Positions 52,971 to 64,000 of a stretch of 64,000 nucleotides of DNA are shown here, piece after piece. The position numbers and the translations under genes are program-made. Each line of letters opens with the position of its first letter. Within the stretch, counting starts at the first letter, position 1. The stretch covers positions 1-64,000 of the forward strand of contig NC_042997.1 in NCBI RefSeq assembly GCF_006345805.1. Direction: 5' to 3'. The DNA comes from Octopus sinensis. Lineage: Eukaryota. A model generated the notes under the pieces. It did not search any database, was not told the origin of the DNA, and saw only the letters and a list, made by a program, of their open reading frames with translations.

Positions 52971-53629
52971 TACACACACTTATATACACATACACAGGTA
53001 CACATGTATTTTGACACATTAATAGATTTTATGTATTGCCTTAACTGGAACAATGTTTTCTTACTTTATTAATGGATGGATTTATAGTGTTGAATAAGAA
53101 GTTGAATAAAGGTTAAAATTTTAAAAAAATAATCATGAATAATTAGAAAGAGAATTGCCAGAAAGAAGTAAAATATAAGTACGAATTGATTGAAAGAATG
53201 TGAGAAGTAAAGGGGAAAAAGATACGCAGGAAAATGCAATAGAATTCGTTGAAGAATGGAAAAATAGAGAGAGAGATAAAGGTAAAACAAGAAGAAATGA
53301 AATTGTAGGGGAAGATTCTACCACAAAAAGGGAAAATGGCAATATGGTAAAAGTGCAGGCAGATAGCTCGATAGAAACAGTAAATATAAAGCAACGATAA
53401 AATATAGGCAAGTAAATAGCAACTGAGAGAAAGAGCATAATGAAAAAGAAGAAAAACAAAATGACAGATATATCAGGAGATGAAGTCATTGCTACATAGA
53501 CTAAAAGAAAATAACAAAACAACTAATTTCCATGTACGAAAGGTAAAGGAAAAAATAACAATTTATCCCTAATTCATGCTATGACACACCTTCGGGTGAA
53601 ATTTCTTTCGATATCACTCTACGTAAGGT

Positions 53630-54400
<771 letters not shown>

Positions 54401-54719
54401 TGTGTTTGCAAATGTATGTTATGTGCGTCCGCATCTAAATCGTCAGTTTTTGTTCTCTTCGATGCTGATAAATTTACATATGTATGTTGTTTTGCACTTC
54501 AAAGTCCTTCTTGATGGAAGTAGATATACAGAAGGGGCATCAGAGATGTTCGAATTTGAGTGAGCGAGTCAATTACAACAGTACCATGATTTTAAATAAT
54601 AGTACACAACCATAATATTCTTTTGTCCCGATATATACAAACACAAATACTTGTATCTATACCCACATTAAAGGCAACTCATTTCGAGAGACTGGTTTCT
54701 ATATACACGAAAGTAATAT

Positions 54720-55210
54720 CATACAGCAAAGCTGAAACTGCCGCTGAAAATGCTTAACGGCATTACTTCCGGCTTTCCGTGTTATGTTCAAAACCCACGA
54801 AAGTAAGATTTGCCCTTAATCCTTTCGGGGTCGATATAATAAATATTTGTTGAACATTTGAGTTGATGTTATTCGCTAACCCCTCCCTCAAAATTTCAGG
54901 TCTTATGTTTATAGGAGAAAGAAACATATTTTTCTGATCAATAGTCTTGTTTTTAAGGTTTTAATGAGCAGATCGCTGCATATATGTTGATAACTAAAGA
55001 ATCAAAAAACCAAAAGAACACGGTGCATGATATATTGGTTTCAGATTTTGGCTCATGGTCTGCAGTCTCGGGAAAGGGGACAAGTTGATAACACCGACCC
55101 CAGTGCTCAACTGGTACTTATTTTATTGACTCCGAAATGATGAAAGGCAAAGTCGAACTCAGAGGAATTTGAACTCAGAACGTAAAGAAGGATGAAATGC
55201 CGCTAAGCAA
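54720..55210. mobile_element. Two family A SINE remnants in opposite orientation (+ 54720-54905, - 55035-55210)
   Basis: cctttcggggtcgat core on +; gatgaaaggcaaagtcgaactcagaggaatttgaactcagaacg on -. Confidence 0.75.
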
Positions 55211-56140
55211 ATTTGTTAAATATTCCATATTTTCATATCTAATACACACTGCACAAAAATCAAATAACAAACATTTCCGTGGAAATATTTCTAGTTATAG
55301 TTATTCAACAAAAGCTTCTAGTAGCTTTTATTATTTCTAATTGTTATACTTTTATCAACAACGATCTTGTGAATTAAGCCCGTTCTACATGACAATTAGG
55401 CGTCCAATCTATACTTTTTCAAGTGATGAATCTTCTTTTGAATGTATAATCATTTTGAAATTTCTATATACTTTCTTCTACACCCCTTGTGTCTTCTTCA
55501 GTCTTACTCATACGTACATATACAAACATGCATACAAATATAAAATCCAGTCTGTTTCATGCATATGCACTCAGAGAAACGCTCACATCTACATATATAA
55601 TAAAATAACTAAAGTACATGTGTGTTTGTGTGTGAAAATTGTGGTGAATAATTTCACATGTAAATTTAATCAACATAAAGATGACCTCGCTGATTTTTAC
55701 AACTGTATCTTATTTGACTTTTGAACTTGCCTCCTACTAAGTCTCTATCTTATACATAGTTGCATGAGGAATATGTTTTGCATTACAAATTCCCCATATC
55801 CCTCGATGTACAAGTTGTGCGGTGGTTATGTAAAATGTTCTAGTAAAACGTACGTAAAGAATGAATTGATTTAAATATAAAAGCATTTTCTTGTTTTAAA
55901 TCTACCTGGAGTTATGGTGGTTATTGTCAAACCGTGTCGAGCATACGAATGAAATGTGGGACTTCCCTACCGTACCCAAACCTTTTGCTAATGTATAACG
56001 CCATCCGGCGCAGCTTTTAAACTGTTCCCCCCTCTCTCTCTGTGACTAACTATATATCTCTCTGTCTCAGTCTGTCTGATTCTGTCTCTGTCTGTCTGTC
56101 TGTCTGTCTGTTTGTTTGTCTCTCTCACTCTCTTTCTCTC

Positions 56141-56214
<74 letters not shown>

Positions 56215-56218
56215 TATA

Positions 56219-56406
56219 GGGAGAATTCACAAAAAAACCCAAAATACAAAGACAGGTGGTGTAGACAACAAACAGGTGTATTAGTTTAATGCTCGGGAAG
56301 TGAAAAAGTCTTTAACGTCTCGAGCCTACGCTCTACCACAGAAAAGAACACAGAAAGAAACAAGGAGAGAAAATAAAGAATGTGCAGTGGCTAGCGATCT
56401 ATCATT
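56219..56406 (-). mobile_element. About 190 bp non-autonomous element at the edge of (TA)n with decayed hammerhead motif
   Basis: Minus strand ctgtggt a gagc-gtag-gctc gaga cg tt aaaga; downstream ttcccgagcattaaactaatac resembles ttcctgagcgtccaataatac of the 57415 element. Confidence 0.65.
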
Positions 56407-56454
56407 CATACGTCGTAGTATACAGATAGATACATATTCACATGAATACGCAAA

Positions 56455-56700
56455 CACACCCGCACATTCTATCAGTTTTCTTTTGCCGAGTCGCTAAGTT
56501 ATCACGACGCAAACACACCAACATTGGTTTTGCAGGACAAACATACACATGCGTCCACACACATGCACACAAACACACATCCTGTCTACCAAATTCACTC
56601 ACAGGGCTTTGGTCAGCCCAAGGTGCCACGCAGTTGGGCTGAACCCGGTATCATGTCGGTGGCAAGTAAACTTCTCGTCACACAGTCACGCCTGTGCCTT
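56455..56700 (-). mobile_element. Degenerate family B SINE
   Basis: cttttgccgagtcgctaagt...ctaccaaattcactcacagggctttggtc...cccaaggtgccacgcagt. Confidence 0.8.
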
Positions 56701-57323
56701 GCCAGATGAAATGTATTTTGATGTTTACATACTTCAGTCAGTTTTAGCTTGATACACTTGTCCATTTGTAGAACACTCGACAAATCTTGTAACTCTCAAG
56801 TTATTTTTTCTACAAAACTATTTGATGGCAAAAGGTTGTCTCGTTTCAGTTTCTGCTTAGTCTGGCCATGTTGCTTTACGCACAGCGTATCATTATCATT
56901 CTTTATCTGGTTAGAGACGTCGACAATATAATTATAACAAACTTTTATGCTAGATTATATTAAAGAGCTGGTGGTAGATATAGGAATTCTTTTTGATCGA
57001 TACTTGGAGATCATTGACTATAATGTATAATCACTTTGTGCTAAAGAAGGTGTACAAAACTAAATATCTTTCTTTTATCTTATGTGTATGAGCTACTTTT
57101 TGTTAAATTATTCTGTGAATATTTTGTTATGTATCCATTTTTACGTAACCTAAAATATTCTGAGTACAATGTCACAGTGTTCTTTGAAAAAAAAAAAAAA
57201 ATTCTTACATTGTTTCCACCACAACACAATTAGAGAATTGATAGAAAGAATCTTTGTAAAATTAATAAACACGTTTAAGAATTGTAACATATACACACGG
57301 CCACATGTATATACTATATATAT

Positions 57324-57410
<87 letters not shown>

Positions 57411-57414
57411 ATAT

Positions 57415-57615
57415 GTGACCGCGTGTGCACCGTTGGCGATTTTTTTCCTCCGTCTTCCCTTCTTTGGATCTTTCCTTTTCCTATGTTTCTGATGAAGAGC
57501 TCCGCTCGAAACGTTAAACCCTCCTTCTTTCCTGAGCGTCCAATAATACTATACTGTTCCATGTCCTCGCGTTGTTGTGTTTTCTCTTTGTGTTTTCAAA
57601 TTTGGATCAACTTTT
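57415..57615 (+). mobile_element. About 200 bp non-autonomous element inserted in (TA)n, carrying a hammerhead motif
   Basis: Unique GC-richer segment flanked on both sides by long (TA)n. Confidence 0.75.
57485..57519 (+). ncRNA. Minimal type I hammerhead ribozyme motif (35 nt)
   Basis: GTTT CTGATGA A GAGC-tcc-GCTC GAAA CG T T AAAC: perfect stems I and II, complete core, palindromic AACGTT helix III. One extra A precedes stem II. Confidence 0.75.
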
Positions 57616-57630
57616 TATATGTATATATAT

Positions 57631-57667
<37 letters not shown>

Positions 57668-58091
57668 TCTTGTATCTCTTTTATCTATCTATTTATGTAA
57701 ATATGTATGTGTGTGTGCGAATGTATGAAAGTTGTAACACACATGCATACACAGAGTAACTTTTTGCTTATCCGCTGAACTATTTATCCCACACTCTTAA
57801 GAGCATTCATGTTGTAAAAAGATCCTTTAAAAATACAAACCATTCATTGTACGTCTATTTCACTTTAAGTGAAATATCTTCTGTTTTACATATTTCTCAT
57901 TAGAATTCAGCAGACAACTACATACATTTCCCCCATTCATTTGCGTTTTAGCCTGGTTGATTTCTTGTCCCATTTTTAATGTTTCGCTTATCATTTCCCA
58001 AATAATCTCAGGTCTTTATTTTTTTATCACTTTATTTCTATCATTTTAATTCTCAAATTTATTCTTTTCTATCTTCTTTAATATCTAAAAT

Positions 58092-58526
58092 GGTATCTTT
58101 TCGGTTTGAACGGCAGTTTTTTCTAGCGGTGTCATATGAAATTGTCACTCATAATTATGACCCTAGTATCGATCTATTGCATTTCAATCTATTTTGGGGT
58201 TAGGGTTAGTTAGGGTTAGCTAGGGTTAGGGGTGGGGGGAAGGGTATATTTTTCTTCAGAAATGTAAATAAACCCAATCTGTTTCTTAAACGAGGGACAT
58301 ATTCATAAGGCACAGAATGTTTTCACCTCAATAGACGTATGATTGGTTGAAATTTCAGAAATTGAAGAAAAAGAACAACAAATATCTTACAAACTATAGA
58401 ATTTTCTCAATAAAGCCAAAAGAAAAAGATGTTTTATAAACACATTCTACCAGTGTATGAAGTTTAAAAGTATTTAGTTACGTGGAATTTATTTTAAAAA
58501 GCTGCCGTTCAAACCGAAAAGATCCC
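58092..58526. mobile_element. 435 bp MITE with 31 bp TIRs and apparent 6 bp TSD
   Basis: ggtatcttttcggtttgaacggcagtttttt (58092-58122) vs aaaaagctgccgttcaaaccgaaaagatccc (58496-58526), 2 mismatches; taaaat at 58086-58091 and 58527-58532. Confidence 0.9.
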
Positions 58527-59318
58527 TAAAATGTAATTCATCGTCATAATCGTATCAGCTAATAGTCTTATAATAGTAAATAAAGGAATTTTTAGAAATT
58601 TCTCTCCCTAGAACATGTATGCGGCCCCTAAAATATACATAAAGAGAAGAAATTTCTGAGATAAACCTCCAGAAATTTTTGTCTATAATCTACGTAAAAT
58701 TTCGACTTGTGTTCCTATAAGTAACTGCTGAAGTAGAAACTTGAATGTGTAACTCTAAATGTTACTGTTGAAGGATTTTATCGGGGATTCCATACAGGTT
58801 TCTTTCTGGGAATTCATTAATTGTGTTGAGCCGAAAGCAATGTAAGGAATTTTTTTTTTTATCCAGAAACATTCTTTTCTTCAAACAGCATTTTCCTATA
58901 TATACCACTGCGTGGCACTAATTAGATTTCTTTGTTTTTTTTAGGTCCTTTTCATTTCTACTTTTTTTTATCGGATTTTCAACTAATAAAAAGTGTAACG
59001 CTGAGAAGAGAGGGATAAATCAATCTGCAAAATAAAATTCTATTCAAGTCATCAAAACAGAAAAAAAAAAAATAACAGAAAGAAAAAATTAAAACATAGA
59101 ATTGACAGAAAGAGTATTGCTTTCATGCAATGTGATCTGGTTCCGATACATTGTCTTTCGACTGATTTCTAAGAAGCTAGTCAGTATTTGCACGCAACAG
59201 TCTTTTCTCTTACTTCAAGATGTATACACACCCGCAAAACAAACAAAATGAGAAAACTCAATATTGGAAGACAAACTAAACAAAGAAATACATATATACA
59301 TATATGTTTGTGTATATT

Positions 59319-59356
<38 letters not shown>

Positions 59357-60296
59357 TGAATAAAAGAAAGAAAAAGAAAACGTAATGGAATATTTCTATA
59401 TAGCTTTTTCGAAAAATCTGTTATATAAACCACCTTAACGTACATATTTCCAACAGTATCAAATCAACATATAAGAGGTGGACTCTTTAATCGTATTACT
59501 TCGTGTAGTATATCATACGGTACGAATACGTTTCGCGGAAGAAGAGATGCATAACAACACAAAAATACAACGAAATAAATGAGAAATGCAAGCCGGCAAA
59601 ACCAATAAGAAAACCTTTTATCGCATGAACTTCTTGTTATTTAAGCAGAATATAAAATCCCTGAAACACTCTGTTTTTCGAAGTATTGGATTTTATTAGA
59701 ACAAGAGAACAAATAATCTGATAGGTGTGATGTATGTATGTATATATATATATATATATATGTAAGTACTTTTTCGCATCTGTCCATTTTGACAAGATTT
59801 ATATGAAGTGAAAAGAGTCTAACCTTTAAGTTTAGTCTCCATTAACCCAAAGTTTACTCATATACGTTGTATAAAGAACGCTTAAACTGCTACAGAAATT
59901 ACATTGTCAAATGTTTAGCAACAGTCTAGATCATTGATTTACATTTAGTAAACTAATCTTAGGTGTAAACTATTTTCACTCAAGAGATTGTCTTCACTAA
60001 TTATTCGTTTGATCTTTCTATATATTTTTCTTTGTGTGCTTTCTTTTTATTACAGGTAACATTTTTTGATCATAAATTTGAAGTATATAAATCCATTATA
60101 GAATAAAGTACAGATAAAGAAATTTAAACAGATTCCTCAATATTAGTACTTGCCAGAGAGAAATAATTCTTTATTTTTAGAGGCATGGTGAATCCCGAAG
60201 TAGATAAAGCTATAAATAAGAGCTGGATTAAAAAAAATCCTTTGGCTAGAAAAAGTTAAAAGCTGCCGTGGGACAACTCGAACCCACATCTGCATA

Positions 60297-60598
60297 GTGT
60301 TGAGGCACATGGTCTAGTGGTTAGAGCAGCGGACTCGCGATGGAGGGATCGCGGGCTCGAATCTCAGACCGGGCGATGTGTGTGTTTTTGGCGAAACACC
60401 TTAGCTCCTCGCGGCTCCGGCAGAAGATAATGGTGAACTTCTGCTGACTCTTTCGCCACAACTTTCTCTCACTCTTTCCTCCTGAATCTTGCAGCTCACC
60501 TGCGACGGACCGGCGTCCCGTCCAGGTGGGGAACCTATACGCCAAGGAAACCGGAAAACCGGCCCTTATGAGCCAGGAATGGCTCGAGAAGGAACAAG
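60297..60598 (+). mobile_element. tRNA-derived SINE related to family C, with 12 bp TSD
   Basis: cacatctgcata at 60285-60296 and 60599-60610; A-box tggtctagtggttaga; B-box-like gggctcgaatctc. Confidence 0.9.
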
Positions 60599-61639
60599 CA
60601 CATCTGCATAAGAGACATACTACCACTGAACGTATTTTTTGTATACATACTGTTTTTGTTCTGTAAATATGAGGGGCTGCCTTCAACTGTTTCTAACCAA
60701 AGTTGTTTTACCCAATATTTACACGCTATTATTTATAGCTTTATACGCTTCAAGGCTCACTGTTCTGTTCCAAAAATGAATAATAATATCAGTATTATTG
60801 ATATACTGGTTGTTTATAAGAGACAGGCTGAGTGGTACAAATCTAACGACATTAAAAATGTCTTAGGAATTCCATTATCATTAAGAAAAGATTCCGATTT
60901 AAATTCCTACCATCCTTAACTTTTCCAGCCTCCAAGATCGAGGTAATTACTGTATCCCATGTACGCGATCATTTCACCTAGCCAGCGCTCTATATGTCAA
61001 ATGTTGTCCTCCACCCGATGTCTAATACTATTAAGTCAAGTCAACTTGGGAGTCACTATACGGTTGTTCAATCTGGCAAAAGTAACAGCCAAATCTTGAT
61101 CAAAGCCTATCCATTCGTTTTAAAAGATATGCAGGAAAACGTAGTGATAGATATATAAAATACAGGATGTTTAAAACTGGAATAATTTTGTTCATATGTC
61201 TACTTAATCAAAGCTGATCTGGGAGTTAAACCGCGATTCCAACTATCATTATGTTCCGTAGAATGACATGAGTTTTAAAGCGTTTGACACAATACTTTAG
61301 AATATATAGCTTTGTCTCTCTATATACTGTAATATAAGCGTCTTGATGTTACTCGTTAAGATCCGTAGTGAATACAAAGCGTTTTAGTAATACATTAATA
61401 CACTGGGATCAATATAATCAGATTTACAATTTTCCTGCATTCGTAGCATTAACCAACAAAGTAGCATTAATATTAGTATCGATTTCTCATTTCGGCTCGA
61501 AACCCCGAACATATATACGAGAGAGGTTTATATGTGGAAATAAAACATTTTTAATTGACTAAATGTAAAGTTGAAACGGAGGAACTTCAACACAGATAAT
61601 TAAAGAACGAAACCACTATTTGAAAAGTAACACCAAAAA

Positions 61640-61662
61640 CAACAATAACAAGCTACTGCTAT

Positions 61663-61712
<50 letters not shown>

Positions 61713-61960
61713 ACTTGCTTGCTTGGCGATTTTTTCCGGCTCTTTACGTTCTCACTTGAACCGTTGTTGAGGTCGGCTTTGCCTTTCATCTTTTCGGGAG
61801 TCAACATAAGTAGCAGTTGAGCACCGGGGTTGATGTAATCAATATACTCCTTCCCTCTAAAATTCCTGGCTTTGTACCAAAATTGAAACCATGCTTTGTG
61901 GTGTTTCTCTTCACTCTTTATGTTCTTAGTTCAAATTCCACCGAGGTTGACTGTTCCTTT
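61640..61960 (+). mobile_element. (TAC)n followed by family A SINE remnants
   Basis: gaggtcggctttgcctttcatcttttcgggagtc and gttcaaattccaccgaggttgac. Confidence 0.75.
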
Positions 61961-62099
61961 CATTACATCACTTTAGTTTGTCATCGAACAACAAGTGCTT
62001 GTGTAAACATATGTTTAGTGTACTCTGGAAGATCATTGCGTTTGTGAGAAGTTATTTTGTTAATTTAAAAAGTATTGTTTTGGAAGCTTTTCTTATTTT

Positions 62100-62990
62100 G
62101 CGACACTACTACGTAGACGAGTGTCTATGATATATACGATGACATATGAAATAAAAGCATATTAAATGTAGAAGAACATCCATCAAAGACGATATCAAAT
62201 ATGACAAACCTATCTCCTTCGAAAACCGCGGACGATCATATTGTGAAAGTGCAGGCTCTGCTACTTGAAAACCGTTGCGTTGCTCTCCGTAAAGTTTCCA
62301 AAGGACTAGGTTTCTTAAATGGTTGTGCTATAAGAAGATGCACGGTGTTACTGCATAACTTGTGTCGTATTTTTTGAGATGAATGAAAAGAGAACCGGGT
62401 CACCCTAATGTAGGAAATGCTTGACTGTGACTAGATTCCTATTTTTGGTTATCTGTGTGTGTGTATGCCTGTGACTTCAAAACAAAAAGGCTCTTGACGG
62501 CTAATCGTCACAGCAGTTTAAAAATAATCCCTTAGAGTCGCTCAAATATGAAAGTGGTGCTGGTAATATTTTTCTGATTAGAAGGACATTGCTTATGAGG
62601 TTTTTGTTCCTTAGTGATACGATCGATATAAAATTTGACTTAGACAGGAAGTGGAAAAACGTGACCTGAACATTCGAAAAAGTAAAGCTTAGTTGGTGAA
62701 CTATAAAAGGTATTTGCTGACACCTCATTTCTTAACCATGACTTTTAGGAAAAGTAAGAAATAACTCTTTCCCTGGTGACTCCACTTCCAAGATCTGACC
62801 CTTTTAAACTCAAAGGTGACTGAAGAAATCGAAGAAAATTTGCTTCGAGAATTCTAAAATTGGAATAAACTTTGGGTAAAGAGCATCAATAGGGAAAAGA
62901 ATTGTTTTGCAAGAGACACGACTAAATGAATTTTACGTAAAACAATAAATTTACGTTTTCAAGGAGTCTGTTTTGGACAGGCTTCGTGTT
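62100..62990 (+). mobile_element. Highly decayed mariner transposase
   Basis: SIKDD...IVKVQALLLENRCVALRKVSKGLG resembles the mariner HTH region; faint similarity to downstream mariner motifs at 62560-62850. Confidence 0.45.
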
Positions 62991-63250
62991 TATATATATA
63001 TATATATATATATATATTAACACGAAACCTATATATATATATATATATATATATACATAAAAATGTTTCTATGCATATATGTATGCATGTATATGTCTCT
63101 TTACATACCTACCTCACTGCTTGGCTACCTGTCTGTCTGTCTGTTTATCTGGCCATCTACATGTCTGCCTATCTATTCTCCATTCTCTTTCTCTTTCTAT
63201 ATGTGTATATATTAATGCTATACCTACATGCATACATATACATACATGTG

Positions 63251-63329
<79 letters not shown>

Positions 63330-63340
63330 ATATGTATATA
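62991..63340. repeat. (TA)n/(CA)n microsatellites
   Basis: Direct reading. Confidence 0.92.
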
Positions 63341-64000
63341 CAATGGTACGCACACCGGTGTGAGAGAAAATAAATTAGGAGAGCGCAACAGGATTTTATT
63401 CAAACGCTGCAATAGCGGAAAGCCTGTTTAATATTGTACGTAGCAGGTAACTAATGCATCTTATCTTACCACCAAATTGAAGAACTTTCTGTCATTTGGT
63501 CTGCAGTACAACGATAATTTCTTGGTAATCCGAAGCCGTGCGACTGTTTCGACTTACCTAACTTAAATGGAGCTATAACTTCCTCAAAGCTGCACAACTC
63601 TACACTTTTCTATCCCAAGTATCCCTATAAAGTACACCATGCAGCGACGTAGCTTACAGCTTGAAGCGAGTAACTTATTGCATTAATAATGAAGGCTTCG
63701 CAAGCTTGTAGTCGAGTTTTCCTATTCCTTCATTTCTCCTGGTGATACGTGCCAGGATTGAATACAGACTCGCCTAATATATTCCTTTAATTATAGAATT
63801 TATGTATCATTGATCATTAGGTCTTCCAAAGCTAATAAAACCTAATAATGTTGCCTTGAAGCTTAACTAGCACTACAATTTTTCGTTCTCAGCCAAAGTC
63901 ACTTGCTTGAATTAGCCAGGGAAATATTAGTTTCAGTTGATTAAATCAAACCCATTACTACATTTGTAATTTATTATACACACCTCGAACTGATGCAAGC

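Noticed and set aside
63480-63780. Possible LINE remnant on the minus strand (EEVIAPFKLGKS...)
   Set aside because: A single weak motif with multiple stops; insufficient for a call.

Overview
A 64 kb AT-rich, microsatellite-laden eukaryotic window. Its tRNA-derived SINE families and (TA)n/(TACA)n/(CA)n load resemble Octopus genomic DNA; this is recognition, not a database result. I cannot confidently identify an intact host protein-coding gene: nearly all ORF-track entries are translated microsatellites or transposon remnants. Supported content: about 25 SINE copies of at least 4 families; a roughly 10 kb block of decayed R4/Dong-like (RT + restriction-like endonuclease) LINEs (16-26.4 kb); three Penelope-like element (PLE) remnants; several mariner remnants or MITEs; a 435 bp MITE with internal TTAGGG repeats; and an ORF1-like zinc-knuckle fragment (48.9-49.6 kb). 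The most notable observation is a set of small non-autonomous elements, one with a tRNA head, that carry minimal type I hammerhead ribozyme motifs of the PLE kind. Two have the core nucleotides intact (46588-46635, 57485-57519) and four are decayed. There are also two head-to-head SINE fold-backs (36415-36654, 46199-46666) and a perfect 51 bp inverted repeat (8399-8583). A CpG-rich unique segment at 28279-28560 may be a promoter or first exon. Several short candidate exons are reported at low confidence only.
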